Shown: in pieces, positions 8,758 through 19,282 of the stretch
Position numbering within the stretch: the first letter of the stretch is position 1
Layout of the letters: each line of letters begins with the position of its first letter
Source of the DNA: an uncultured Pseudomonadota bacterium
GTDB lineage: Bacteria > Babelota > Babeliae > Babelales > Chromulinivoraceae
Reading direction: 5' to 3'
Length of the DNA stretch: 64,000 nucleotides
NCBI GenBank assembly: GCA_964400275.1
Contig: CAYNSS010000001.1
Span: forward strand, 558,839-622,838
The notes under the pieces: model-generated
Database searches by the model: none
The model's input: the letters and a program-made list of their open reading frames with translations, nothing else
Told to the model about the DNA's origin: nothing
Position numbers and translations under genes: made by a program

Positions 8758-9979
8758 TGTCTTTCATTCATTGATAACTGCAATTGATGTGGGTACAACT
8801 AAAATATCAGTATTAATTGCTCAAAAGATTGGTGAAGATAGTGTTAAGATTTTAGGAATAGGCAAGGCACCTTCTGATGGTCTTGAGCGTGGAGTTGTTG
8901 TTGATGTTGCAAGAACAGTTCAGTCTATCAAGTATGCGGTCAAAGAAGCAGAACTTATGGCAGGTTGTTCTGTTACTCCTGCTTTTATAGGTATTTCAGG
9001 AAGTCATATAGATTCATTTAATACTCATGGAGCAGTTCCTATTAAAAAATTTCAGGTAACAGAAGCAGATATTCAAGCAGTACTTGCTGTTGCTCAAGCT
9101 GTACCAATTGAAGAGGGTCAAAAAGTTTTACATGCGTTGCCGCAATATTTTATTGTAGATGGAAAAGATCGTGTTACTAATCCTCTTGGTCTTCATGGAG
9201 TAAGGCTTGAAGCTGTGGTGCATGTTATTACCGGAGCGGTATCTTCTATCCAAAATTTAATAAAGTGTTGCGAACTTGCAGGTGTTATTGTTAAGGACAT
9301 AGTGTTAGAACAATTGGCCTCAGCGGATGGAGTTTTGAGTCATGATGAGCGTGTGTTAGGAGTAGGAATGCTTGATATTGGTGGTGGAACATCAGATTTT
9401 GCAGTGTATCAACAAGATAGTATTCGTTATACAAAAGTTTTTCCTATAGCTGGAAATTTTTTCACTAAAGATTTAGCTGTTGGTCTTAAGGCAACACTTA
9501 AGGGAGCTGAATCTTTTAAACGTGAATATGGTTCAGTTAATTTATTTACACAAGATGAACAAAAATATTTTGTAGAATCCGTTCATGGTTCAAAACAACA
9601 TGAAGTAGACATAAATCAATCATCTTTTATTTTGCATGCACGAGCATTTGAATTACTTACTATGCTTGATAAAGAAATTAAAAAATCATCTCTTCAGGCA
9701 ATGATGACATCAGGTCTTGTTATCACAGGAGGTGGATCGCTTTTGAAAGGCATAGACGATTTGGCTGCAAAAATTTTGAATATGCCTGTGCGGCTTGGAA
9801 TTCCACGTGTTGATTGTAGTTTTGCGGATTCACTTTCAAGTCCAATTTATGCAACAGGATATGGTCTTTTAAAATATGCGATTAAGAAAAATTCAATGTT
9901 TGGTTTTGATAAACTACAAGGACCAATGGTTCAAAAAATATTTATGAGAATGAAGTCATGGGTAGATAAGTTTTTTTAG
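8750..9979 (+). CDS. ftsA: cell-division protein FtsA
   Basis: Actin-fold motifs AIDVGTTKISVLIA and MLDIGGGTSDFAVY. Sits between the ftsQ-like gene and ftsZ. Confidence 0.9.
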   Translation: MANVFHSLITAIDVGTTKISVLIAQKIGEDSVKILGIGKAPSDGLERGVVVDVARTVQSIKYAVKEAELMAGCSVTPAFIGISGSHIDSFNTHGAVPIKKFQVTEADIQAVLAVAQAVPIEEGQKVLHALPQYFIVDGKDRVTNPLGLHGVRLEAVVHVITGAVSSIQNLIKCCELAGVIVKDIVLEQLASADGVLSHDERVLGVGMLDIGGGTSDFAVYQQDSIRYTKVFPIAGNFFTKDLAVGLKATLKGAESFKREYGSVNLFTQDEQKYFVESVHGSKQHEVDINQSSFILHARAFELLTMLDKEIKKSSLQAMMTSGLVITGGGSLLKGIDDLAAKILNMPVRLGIPRVDCSFADSLSSPIYATGYGLLKYAIKKNSMFGFDKLQGPMVQKIFMRMKSWVDKFF

Positions 9980-10014
9980 ATAACCTTTTCTAATTAAAAA
10001 TAGAAGGAATAGGA

Positions 10015-11175
10015 ATGATAGACTTTGATGTTTTAAGTGAGAATCAGCAAGATTCTTCCACAATAAAAATTAAGATAATAGGTGTTGGTGGAGCTGGTTG
10101 TAATACCATTAACAGTATGATAGATTCTGACCTTGAAGGAGTTAGTTTTGTAGTTGCAAACTCTGATTTGCAGGCATTAAAGCTTTCAAAAGCTCCTAAT
10201 AAAATTCAGTTAGGTGTTAAAACAACAAAAGGGCTTGGTTGTGGTGCAGATCCTGAGGTTGGAAAAAAAGCAGCAGAAGAAGATATTGATAAAGTTATGG
10301 AGCATTTATCAGGCGCTGATATAGTATTTGTCGTTGCGGGGATGGGTGGCGGAACAGGTTCAGGTGGAGCCTCGGTTATTGCAAAGTCTTTAAAAGATCG
10401 TGGAATTTTAACAATTGCTGTTGTTACTATGCCGTTTAGTTTTGAAGGTAAACGTCGTATGTTGGTTGCTCAGCGTGCGCTTGAAACATTAAAAAAAGAG
10501 GTTGATACATTAATTGTTGTTCCTAATGAAAAACTTTTGGGTTTAGTAGATCCATCAGTATCGATGATTGAAGCCTTTGATATGATTAATAAAATTTTAA
10601 TACAATCAGTGAAAAGCATTTCGTCTATTATTTCTCGTTCAGGTCATATTAACGTTGATTTTGCAGATCTTCGTACGATCATGAAGGGTAAGGGGTTGGC
10701 TATGATGGGGACAGGAAGTGCTATTGGGCAAAACAGAGCAGTTGAAGCTGCTAAAAAAGCTATAGCTTCAGAGCTTTTAGAAAACGTTGATATTAAAAGC
10801 GCTCGTGGAGTACTGCTTAATGTCTCAGCGGGTTCAAGTTTATCGCTTCATGAAATTAATGCTGCAGCAAAAGTTATTTATGATGAATCAGACAAAGATG
10901 CAGAGATCATTGTTGGTTCAGTAATTGATACATCAATGGGCGACGAGTTAGTTGTATCTGTAGTAGCAACAGGATTTGGTCAAAGTCAGCCAGTTGTCGT
11001 AGCGGTTCCAGAAAAAATATCTGTAGCAGCACCAGTGGTTGAAGAGAAAAAATTGTATACTGAGCCGCAAATTGCTAAAATTATTTCAGAAAATATAGAG
11101 CCAGTATCAGATGATTTAGAAGTACCGGCATATTTAAGAAACCAAGAAGTTTTAAATAATAAATCTGCAGAATAA
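10015..11175 (+). CDS. ftsZ: cell-division GTPase FtsZ
   Basis: GVGGAGCN, tubulin signature GGGTGSG, and C-terminal peptide DLEVPAYLRNQ. Confidence 0.97.
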   Translation: MIDFDVLSENQQDSSTIKIKIIGVGGAGCNTINSMIDSDLEGVSFVVANSDLQALKLSKAPNKIQLGVKTTKGLGCGADPEVGKKAAEEDIDKVMEHLSGADIVFVVAGMGGGTGSGGASVIAKSLKDRGILTIAVVTMPFSFEGKRRMLVAQRALETLKKEVDTLIVVPNEKLLGLVDPSVSMIEAFDMINKILIQSVKSISSIISRSGHINVDFADLRTIMKGKGLAMMGTGSAIGQNRAVEAAKKAIASELLENVDIKSARGVLLNVSAGSSLSLHEINAAAKVIYDESDKDAEIIVGSVIDTSMGDELVVSVVATGFGQSQPVVVAVPEKISVAAPVVEEKKLYTEPQIAKIISENIEPVSDDLEVPAYLRNQEVLNNKSAE

Positions 11176-11181
11176 GTAATA

Positions 11182-11892
11182 ATGATTAATGAGTATCGTG
11201 ATTTTTTAATATACTTTGGACAAAAAGATAGATCGATTTGTTTAGATGATTTTAAAAAATCACGATATTCTTTTGAATTTGAAAATATTGTTACAGATTA
11301 TTCACTTTCGAATCTGATAGTTTTAGAGCAGATACATAGTGATATTGGAATTTGTGTAGATGATGTAACATTTTTAGATAAATATAGTTTTTTAGATTTT
11401 CAGGGTGATTTTTTAATTACTTCTAAAAAAAATATAGGATTAGTTGTTTTAACTGCAGATTGTGTTCCTCTTGTTTTGTATGACCCTATTGAGCATATTG
11501 CTTTAGTGGTGCACGCGGGATGGAAAGGAACTTTTTCAGGGATTGTAGAGCAAGCCCTTTTTATGATGCAACATCGTTATCAAAGTAAAGTAGAAAACAT
11601 CAAAGCTTTTTTTGGACCAAGTGCTCGGTCCTGTTGTTATCAAGTGACGCAAGATTTTGTAAATCAATTTTATATGAAATTTGGAAAAACAGATTCGTTT
11701 TTTTACCGGAGCAATTCGATTTTTTTTGATAATAGTTTGTTTTTGCAGCAAAATTTAAAAAAATTTGGTATCCTAGAGGACAATATAAATATTGAAAATG
11801 CTTGCTGCACAATATGTAATTTAGAATTTTGTTCCTATAGGAGAGAAAAACAGCAATCACGTCGCCAAATTACAATGGTTATTTTGCGTTAA
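11182..11892 (+). CDS. pgeF: YfiH/PgeF family (DUF152) purine nucleoside phosphorylase / peptidoglycan editing factor
   Basis: LTADCVP, HAGWKG and C..C....SYRR motifs. Conserved position after ftsZ. Confidence 0.8.
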   Translation: MINEYRDFLIYFGQKDRSICLDDFKKSRYSFEFENIVTDYSLSNLIVLEQIHSDIGICVDDVTFLDKYSFLDFQGDFLITSKKNIGLVVLTADCVPLVLYDPIEHIALVVHAGWKGTFSGIVEQALFMMQHRYQSKVENIKAFFGPSARSCCYQVTQDFVNQFYMKFGKTDSFFYRSNSIFFDNSLFLQQNLKKFGILEDNINIENACCTICNLEFCSYRREKQQSRRQITMVILR

Positions 11893-11912
11893 ATTAGATT
11901 GATTTTAAGGGT

Positions 11913-14453
11913 ATGCTTATGTTTACACATTTATTAGCAAAAATTTTTGGAAGTGCCAATGATCGTGCGCTTCAAAAATTACAGCTTATTGTTGATAAAA
12001 TAAATACATTCGAGCCATTTGTTGAAAAATTATCTGATCAAGAATTAAAAAATAAAACGGTAGAATTTAAGGAGCAGATATCCAAGGGTAAACATATTGA
12101 TGAAATTTTACCCGAAGCATACGCAGTTGTAAGAGAAGCTTCAAAGCGAGCACTTGGAATGCGTCCATTTGATGTACAATTGATGGGTGCCATTGTTCTT
12201 CATCAAGGTAAAGTTGCAGAGATGAAAACAGGTGAAGGTAAAACATTAACAGCAACACTTCCTTTGTATTTAAATGCATTAACCGGCAAAGGTGCTCACC
12301 TTGTTACGGTGAATGATTATTTGGCTCGTCGTGATTCTGAAAACAATCGTCCTTTATATGAATTTTTAGGTTTAACTGTTGGTGTAATTACTCATGATAT
12401 GCCTGATGACCAACGTAAAACTGAATATCAAAAAGATATTTTATATGTCACAAATAATGAACTTGGATTCGATTATTTACGCGATAATATGAAATTTCGG
12501 TATGACGATTATGTACAGCGTGATTTACATTTTGCAATTGTCGATGAGTGTGATTCAATTTTAATTGATGAAGCAAGGACTCCTCTTATTATTTCAGGAG
12601 CTGCACAGCGTTCATCAGATCTTTATAAAGTAGCTCAATCAGTGGTATATAATCTTGAAAAAATAAAAGATTATGAAGTCGATGAAAAAGCAAGAACTGT
12701 TCAGCTTACAGAAGAAGGTCACGATAAAGTTGAACAACGATTGAATATAAAAAATTTATATGCGATAGAAAATATTAATTTATTGCATCATATTATGCAG
12801 GCCTTGAAGGCAAACGTTCTTTTTCGTATTGATGTAGATTATGTAGTTCGTGATGGAGAAGTTTTAATAGTCGATGAATTTACAGGTCGTATTTTATCAG
12901 GACGTCGTTATAGCGATGGATTGCATCAGGCAATTGAAGCAAAAGAAAATGTAACGATTGAACAAGAATCACAAACTCTTGCTTCTATTACGTTACAAAA
13001 TTTTTTTAGAATGTATCAAAAGCTTGCTGGTATGACAGGTACTGCAATGACAGAAGCTGAAGAGTTTCAAAAAATTTATAATCTAGATGTCGTTTCTATA
13101 CCAACTCATCGGCCAATGATTCGTGATGATAAAAATGATTTAATTTTTTTATCAGAGCGTGCAAAGTTTAAAGCTATAGTTGAAGACGTTAAAGCGCGTC
13201 ATCAAAAAGGACAACCAGTTTTAATAGGTACTATTGCTGTTGAAAAATCAGAAGTACTTAGCAGGGTTTTATCTGCTGAAGGAATTCCGCATGAAGTTTT
13301 GAATGCAAAGCAGCATGCAAGGGAAGCAGATATTATTACTTTAGCAGGTCAACCAGGACACGTAACGATTGCAACAAATATGGCTGGTCGCGGAACTGAT
13401 ATTAAATTAAATCCTGATTCAGTAGCAGCAGGTGGTTTATATGTTCTTGGCACAGAACGTCATGAAAGCAGACGTATAGATAATCAGCTTCGTGGTAGAT
13501 CTGGCCGTCAAGGTGATCCAGGAGAATCTCGTTTTTATATTTCTCTTGAAGATGAGCTTATAAGAATTTTCTCAGGTGACTCTATGAAAAATTATATGCA
13601 AAAAGCTGGAATGGAAGAAGATGAGCAGATAGAATCAACTACAGTAAGCAAGCTTATTGAACATTCTCAAGAAAAAGTTGAAAAACACAATTTTGAAATT
13701 AGAAAACATTTGATTGAGTACGATGATGTTTTAAATCAACATCGAAAAGTGATTTATAATTTACGTCAAAACATTTTAAAAGATGCAGAAGGTCTTTCGG
13801 GTGTTATTTATGATTTTATTTTTGACATAATCAGTGATTTAGTTGCTGTATATTGTCAAGATCGTAGCATTACTAAGCCACAAGCAGAAAAAATTATTGA
13901 AGCTATTGCTATGGATATTGATGTTGTTAAAGATAAGTTAGAATTACAAAAATATTCTCTTGTAAATGCTGATGAATTTGAAAAAGATGTAGTCAATGAT
14001 TTATTTGATTTATATGAAGAAATTTCCAATAAAATTGATCCAGAGTTTATGAAAAATGCTACAAAGTGGATTATGCTTGAAACTATTGATCAAGCTTGGA
14101 AGCAACATATGATTAACATTGATCACCTTAAAGAAGGAATAGGTTTAAGGGGTTGGGGTCAAAAAAATCCATTAATTGAGTATAAACGTGAAGCTTTTGG
14201 TATGTTTGAAGATATGATGAAACAAATTAAAATTGATATTGTGCGTCATATGTTCCATATTAAACCTGAAGCTTTTGATCAATCAAAGTTGATTGAACGC
14301 CGTGAACGTGAACTTAATGATATGAAGATGACTTCGGCTGATAATTCTAAATCAGAAACAACTGCAACAGCCCAACGGGATGAAGACAAAGTAGGTCGCA
14401 ATGAGCCATGTGCATGTGGTTCTGGTAAAAAATTTAAAAAATGTTGTCGATAA
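11913..14453 (+). CDS. secA: preprotein translocase ATPase SecA
   Basis: KIFGSANDR, MKTGEGKTL (Walker A), DEVD-like DECDSILIDEARTPLIISG, and C-terminal zinc motif CACGSGKKFKKCC. Confidence 0.97.
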   Translation: MLMFTHLLAKIFGSANDRALQKLQLIVDKINTFEPFVEKLSDQELKNKTVEFKEQISKGKHIDEILPEAYAVVREASKRALGMRPFDVQLMGAIVLHQGKVAEMKTGEGKTLTATLPLYLNALTGKGAHLVTVNDYLARRDSENNRPLYEFLGLTVGVITHDMPDDQRKTEYQKDILYVTNNELGFDYLRDNMKFRYDDYVQRDLHFAIVDECDSILIDEARTPLIISGAAQRSSDLYKVAQSVVYNLEKIKDYEVDEKARTVQLTEEGHDKVEQRLNIKNLYAIENINLLHHIMQALKANVLFRIDVDYVVRDGEVLIVDEFTGRILSGRRYSDGLHQAIEAKENVTIEQESQTLASITLQNFFRMYQKLAGMTGTAMTEAEEFQKIYNLDVVSIPTHRPMIRDDKNDLIFLSERAKFKAIVEDVKARHQKGQPVLIGTIAVEKSEVLSRVLSAEGIPHEVLNAKQHAREADIITLAGQPGHVTIATNMAGRGTDIKLNPDSVAAGGLYVLGTERHESRRIDNQLRGRSGRQGDPGESRFYISLEDELIRIFSGDSMKNYMQKAGMEEDEQIESTTVSKLIEHSQEKVEKHNFEIRKHLIEYDDVLNQHRKVIYNLRQNILKDAEGLSGVIYDFIFDIISDLVAVYCQDRSITKPQAEKIIEAIAMDIDVVKDKLELQKYSLVNADEFEKDVVNDLFDLYEEISNKIDPEFMKNATKWIMLETIDQAWKQHMINIDHLKEGIGLRGWGQKNPLIEYKREAFGMFEDMMKQIKIDIVRHMFHIKPEAFDQSKLIERRERELNDMKMTSADNSKSETTATAQRDEDKVGRNEPCACGSGKKFKKCCR

Positions 14454-14473
14454 TAATTGAATTTTAATAAGAT

Positions 14474-14516
14474 AAACCAGTACTTTGAATTAAAGAGTGC
14501 TGGTTTATTTTATTTT
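14474..14516 (+). terminator. rho-independent terminator of secA
   Basis: Stem aaaccagtac / gtgctggttt with one G-U pair, followed by ATTTTATTTT. It lies inside the 5' part of track ORF 14457..15047. Confidence 0.65.
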
Positions 14517-14528
14517 CAGGAGAGAGAA

Positions 14529-15047
14529 GTGAAGGCAATTTATTTTTTTATATTTTTGATACAGGGCTATGATCTTTTTACATATAATGAACTGCAAGTT
14601 TCAAAGGTTTTGCAACATATAGCAAAGCGTACACCGATAGTAGCTTCGGGAGGAGACTTCAGGGGCTTAGGAACAATTCTTAGAGGCAAAAATATGAGCA
14701 ATAGTTTTTTAAGTGGAGCATCTTTTGCAAAAAATGAGAAAGATGTTATTTATACAGCCGGTACAATAAAAATAAGTAACCAAGGTTCTGATTTGACAGG
14801 GACTAATTTTTCTAATTCAGAGCTTAAAGGAATAAATTTTAGAGGTGCAATTCTTGAGCGAGCTGTTTTTGATGGGGCAGATGTAGAAATGACAGATTTT
14901 TCTGAAACCAACTTGAAAAATGCGAGCTTTAAGGGAACAAAAAATATGGATAAGGCTATATTTTGTAAAGCTATATTGCCTGATGGGACTGTGCTTACCT
15001 CAGAAAACATGACAAAGGGATCTTTTAATGCATATTGCAAAAAATAG
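14529..15047 (+). CDS. pentapeptide-repeat protein
   Basis: Start moved to in-frame GTG 14529 (AGGAGAGAGAA upstream, downstream of the secA terminator). Tandem pentapeptide repeats LTGTNFSNSELKGINFRGAILERAVFDGADVEMTDFSETNLKNASFKG. Confidence 0.7.
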   Translation: MKAIYFFIFLIQGYDLFTYNELQVSKVLQHIAKRTPIVASGGDFRGLGTILRGKNMSNSFLSGASFAKNEKDVIYTAGTIKISNQGSDLTGTNFSNSELKGINFRGAILERAVFDGADVEMTDFSETNLKNASFKGTKNMDKAIFCKAILPDGTVLTSENMTKGSFNAYCKK

Positions 15048-15178
15048 TTTTTAATATTTTGCAATTGTTTGAACTAGAGATGAAATAGACAAAACTTTTA
15101 TTGCAACTTTGAGTATTTTTGTTATCTTTTTGATAGTAATTTTTTTACAATTTTGTAACGTCAAGAGGATTTAAAAGT

Positions 15179-16216
15179 ATGAAGTCTTTAAATAAACAAC
15201 TTGCAATTTGTGGCTTTTTATTAATTTCAGGAATGTTTTTTGTTGGATGTGGCTGGTTTAAAAAATCAGATTCAACAAGTAGTTCTTTAGTTGGAGCAAC
15301 AGGTGATGTTCTATTAACGATCGATGGACAACCAGCTTTAACAGTTTCTGAATATGAAAAACAGCTTGATATGGCGCGCGCAGCAAATCCTCAAGTAGAT
15401 ATGATCTTGCAAATGATGCCAAATGCTGAGCGTGAATTTGTGTTTCGTGGTATTTCAACTTCAAAACTTATGAAGGCATGGGCTGATAAAGAAGGTATTA
15501 CAAAAAATACTGATTTTAAAGAACAGCAAAAGCATTTGCATGAAGCAATGGATTTACAGCTTTATATGAAAGCTTTCGATGAGAAAAATCCAATTAAAAT
15601 AACAGATTCAGATGTTGAGCAGTTTTATCATGAGAAAAAAGATAGTATTCCTGGGCTTGCTATAGCTCAAGCTGGAGTAGATACATCTTTTGTTCGTTTT
15701 GACTCAAAAGCAAAAGCACAGGCTTTTTTTGATAAAGTAAAAGAAGTAAAAAAAGCAGAAGAGTTTAAAAAAATTGCAGAAAACAATAAAGACCAAGCAG
15801 GTCACTCTGTAATTAATGATAAAAGTCCATTTTCTGATGCACTTAAAAAAACAGTTCTTGATATTAAAAAATTTCCATCAGTGCAGATTGTTAAAGTTTC
15901 AGATAATGGATATTGGGTAGTGTTAGCAACTGGAAAATCTGAAGCTAAATATCATGATCTTAAGTCGCCTCAAGTACAACAAGGATTGCGTAAAATGATT
16001 GAAGATGAACGCAAAGCTCAATTGATTGAACGTGAAATTGAAAAATTGAAAAAAGACTTAAACGTTGTTGAAAACTCTTCTTACTTTGAACAAAAAGAAG
16101 CAAAAAAACGCGCTGCTATGCAAGAACAAGGTTCAGATGACAACAATGATTTAATGAAAATGTTAGCTGGAAATAATGAAGAATCAGATCAAGATTCAAA
16201 CGTTGTAAAAGTATGA
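15179..16216 (+). CDS. lipoprotein, SurA/PrsA/PpiD-like periplasmic chaperone with a degenerate parvulin-like domain
   Basis: Lipobox FFVGC. The EQFYHEKKDSIPG block is typical of the SurA/PpiD N-domain. Parvulin-like topology without an obvious catalytic His. Weak call made by eye. Confidence 0.4.
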   Translation: MKSLNKQLAICGFLLISGMFFVGCGWFKKSDSTSSSLVGATGDVLLTIDGQPALTVSEYEKQLDMARAANPQVDMILQMMPNAEREFVFRGISTSKLMKAWADKEGITKNTDFKEQQKHLHEAMDLQLYMKAFDEKNPIKITDSDVEQFYHEKKDSIPGLAIAQAGVDTSFVRFDSKAKAQAFFDKVKEVKKAEEFKKIAENNKDQAGHSVINDKSPFSDALKKTVLDIKKFPSVQIVKVSDNGYWVVLATGKSEAKYHDLKSPQVQQGLRKMIEDERKAQLIEREIEKLKKDLNVVENSSYFEQKEAKKRAAMQEQGSDDNNDLMKMLAGNNEESDQDSNVVKV

Positions 16217-17073
16217 AATTAAATAAAATATTAAGTATTTTTGTTATTCTGCCTGGAGTTATTCAGGCAGAATACTTTCTTTTGGATAAGATAGATAGTA
16301 TTGTATGCGGACCGGAGCAAAATACACCGATTGTTGTAACTGATACCAATTGGAAGCGTGATCTTACTAATAAGTTTATTCCATTGCAAAAGTTGATAGA
16401 AACAGAAATAGTAAATCAGCAGATGATTGTGGAAAAAGTTATGATGGAGCCAGACGCTGCAGAAAAATATATTAAAAGTATTCAAAAACAAAATAATTTT
16501 TCAGAAGCTGATATGAGTCGTTGGTTTGATGCCACCGGAAGAACATATCAAGAAGGTCTTGAGCTATTAAAAAGCCAATACAATAATGAATATTTTTTAC
16601 ATCATAAATTTAAGTCACAGCTTGCTCCAACAGAAGAAGAGATTAACGCTTATTATAATGATAATCCTGAGTTTGTTGACGCTACCATTAAATTACGAGC
16701 AACTCGTGCTGCATATGAACCAGACGACAAAGATCGCTTAAAAGAAGATCTTGAGAATATGATTCAAAAAGAATTAAATAAAGAAGATTCTGGTATTGAG
16801 TGGTCAGAGCCAACTGTTGTCATTGAAGAAGATATTCCGGAAGATAAATTATTTTTGCGTGATATGAAACCAGGAGAAATTAAGCTCACTGATGATGGAC
16901 AAGGTGTTTTTGAGTTATATCAAATACTTGAATATAATCCTGCTGCGCTTGTTCCGCTTGAGGATAGACGAACTATAATTGTAGATGCTTTAAATCGCAA
17001 AGAATTAGAAAAAATGTTTGCAGATTATAACAAAGCAGTTCGAGAATATATAGACGTTATTAAATTTGTTTAG
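16213..17073 (+). CDS. secreted SurA-N-domain-like chaperone candidate
   Basis: Signal peptide. EEEINAYYNDNPEF block. 4-nt overlap with the upstream gene suggests an operon. Function is weakly supported. Confidence 0.35.
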   Translation: MKLNKILSIFVILPGVIQAEYFLLDKIDSIVCGPEQNTPIVVTDTNWKRDLTNKFIPLQKLIETEIVNQQMIVEKVMMEPDAAEKYIKSIQKQNNFSEADMSRWFDATGRTYQEGLELLKSQYNNEYFLHHKFKSQLAPTEEEINAYYNDNPEFVDATIKLRATRAAYEPDDKDRLKEDLENMIQKELNKEDSGIEWSEPTVVIEEDIPEDKLFLRDMKPGEIKLTDDGQGVFELYQILEYNPAALVPLEDRRTIIVDALNRKELEKMFADYNKAVREYIDVIKFV

Positions 17074-17092
17074 AAAATAAGGGAGAGTAGTT

Positions 17093-17467
17093 ATGAAAAA
17101 ATTTTTTTTCATACTATGTATTTCAAAATTTTTAACTGGATCAGATAATCATCAGTCTTTGACGCAAGAAGGTATTATAAAAATACATTTAACTAGGATT
17201 TGTGCGCGAATATTGCAAGAAGTACCTCTTGCAGGGTGTTCAGGTCAACGATGTCAGGAATTAGTTAAGAGTGAGTATCTTAATGAAATTGTTTATAGGG
17301 CATTAAGAGGCGGAAATCATTTAACTAAGAAAGAACCCTTAAAGTTTGATAATCCTGTGTTGTATGAACAATTATATTTCACTCAAAATAATGTGAATTT
17401 AGACGAAGAATTACCACTTGAAATGCAAGAAGATATACGTCTTTTGTATCAAGATTTACAAAAATAA
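17093..17467 (+). CDS. hypothetical secreted protein
   Basis: 124-aa ORF with N-terminal hydrophobic signal-like segment. GGGAGAG RBS-like sequence upstream. Confidence 0.5.
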   Translation: MKKFFFILCISKFLTGSDNHQSLTQEGIIKIHLTRICARILQEVPLAGCSGQRCQELVKSEYLNEIVYRALRGGNHLTKKEPLKFDNPVLYEQLYFTQNNVNLDEELPLEMQEDIRLLYQDLQK

Positions 17468-17489
17468 AATAAAAAACTTGTTCAAAGAA

Positions 17490-18743
17490 TCAACTGTCGC
17501 TTTGTTCTGTTTCTATTTTGTAAACTTCTTCAAGTTCATCAAGCTTGAGAGCTTTTTCAGTTAAAATTTTTGATCGTTTTTTTAGGTTTTCGTGCGCATT
17601 AAAATAGGTATTGAGTAAAGTTTCTAGATCCATCTCTTGTTTTAAAAGATCTCGGTGTGCACGAGTTTGTGTAATTCGTATAGGAATAATTCCGACTAGA
17701 TACATAGCTTCTTGGCAATATCGTTGAATTTTTTTTACATCAACATAATCTTTTTCTGTTTCGGGAAGCTGGTATGTAATTTTTAAAATAGAATCAGTGA
17801 TTTTATGTTTTTCTATTTCTTTAATTATTTGTTCAGTTTGATCAATGTTTTCTTCTAAGGTTACATCGATTTGGATGAAAGGACGTGTTGGAATAACGAT
17901 ATGTTCAAATGTTGTTTTATATTTTTCGTGAATTGTGACATCGCAAAATCCTTTTTCTTCTTTTCTTTCTCCAAAGTCTACGCGGTCAATTGAGCCAGCA
18001 TAAACTACAGGAATAGTTCCTTGAGGATTTGTATTTTGAAAGCGATGGAGGTGTCCAAGAGCAACATAGTCAAAAGGTTGAATTGCAAGTTGTGAAGGTA
18101 AAAGAATTGGATCTTGTCCGTAGACAGCTCGTTTTTCAGATCCTGAAAATATTCCAGAGCTTACTGTTAAGTGTCCTACTAAGACAGCAGGAATTTTTGG
18201 ATCAAGTGAGTTTGCAAGTTCTTGAGTAATATGCGCAAGAGAATCAGAGATAGTTTTTGTTAATTCTGTAGCGCTTGAAATATTTTGGTTTGCGTTGATA
18301 GCTAAGTTATGTCGATTTGGCCAAGGCATACCAACTATTTGTATAGGTCCAGATTTAGTTATGAGTTTGATAGCGCTTGGTTTTGAAAAAACATGAAAAC
18401 CATCAATAGGAAGATGAGCAAAGATATCAAGAGCATTTGCTTTTCCAAAACTTAAAGGATTATCGTGGTTACCTACAACGATGACTACTGGAATTTTTGC
18501 TTTATATAACTTCATGAAAGAATCTAAAAGAAGTTTTTGCTGAGTTGGGGTAGGATGCGCAGTTTTATATGCATCTCCTGCAAAAACAAATAGGTCAACA
18601 TTTTCCTTAATTGCATATTCAACACAAGTATCAAATGATTTTTTAAAATCAAGCAAACGGGAATGAATTCCTGTAACAGGATCTATTTTTCCATAATTTT
18701 CCATACCAAAGTGTATGTCAGCAGTATGTATAAATCTAATCAT
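17490..18743 (-). CDS. sbcD: exonuclease SbcD (Mre11-family nuclease)
   Basis: Calcineurin-like phosphoesterase motifs in Mre11 order: HTADIHFG, GDAYK, VVGNHD, GHLT, GHLH. Confidence 0.85.
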   Translation of the reverse strand: MIRFIHTADIHFGMENYGKIDPVTGIHSRLLDFKKSFDTCVEYAIKENVDLFVFAGDAYKTAHPTPTQQKLLLDSFMKLYKAKIPVVIVVGNHDNPLSFGKANALDIFAHLPIDGFHVFSKPSAIKLITKSGPIQIVGMPWPNRHNLAINANQNISSATELTKTISDSLAHITQELANSLDPKIPAVLVGHLTVSSGIFSGSEKRAVYGQDPILLPSQLAIQPFDYVALGHLHRFQNTNPQGTIPVVYAGSIDRVDFGERKEEKGFCDVTIHEKYKTTFEHIVIPTRPFIQIDVTLEENIDQTEQIIKEIEKHKITDSILKITYQLPETEKDYVDVKKIQRYCQEAMYLVGIIPIRITQTRAHRDLLKQEMDLETLLNTYFNAHENLKKRSKILTEKALKLDELEEVYKIETEQSDS

Positions 18744-18781
18744 TGTTTATAGAGGTTTCTTCATTATATATAATTTATTTT

Positions 18782-19126
18782 TTATTTATCTAAGCTATCA
18801 ATTTTTATTAGAAGCTTATTTATAAGCTCTTCAGTCTCTTTAGTTTTTTCTAAATCAAAAGTATCAAAAAGACTAGAATTTCTTATAACTCTTTTAGCTG
18901 GCTCGAGCAGGGTAGTTAATTTTTTTATAGTGTGCTTTATTATTTCTGGATCACTTGATTCTATTAATAATAATTCTGCACGATTTTTTTCATTAATTAA
19001 AGGTATTAACCAATTAGCAGCTGATCTTCTAGTAAGCATTCTTGATATCTCAGAATGATGACTGTTATGAGTAATTATGCTATAAAAAATAGTTAATAAA
19101 ATCGTAGCATATAAAGACTTTTTCAT
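18782..19126 (-). CDS. hypothetical secreted protein
   Basis: 114-aa ORF with signal-like N-terminus MKKSLYATILLTIFYSII. Confidence 0.45.
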   Translation of the reverse strand: MKKSLYATILLTIFYSIITHNSHHSEISRMLTRRSAANWLIPLINEKNRAELLLIESSDPEIIKHTIKKLTTLLEPAKRVIRNSSLFDTFDLEKTKETEELINKLLIKIDSLDK

Positions 19127-19282
19127 GTTGTTTCACTTTTATTATTAATTGAGGTTTGTCTATAGTTTATATGTTTTTATTTCATTAACAATTAGATTCA
19201 TAATTTTAAAGAAATTAATGTTTTATAAAATTATGAAGATGACTAATTAACAACTGTATGTCAGCATTATGTATAAATCATA

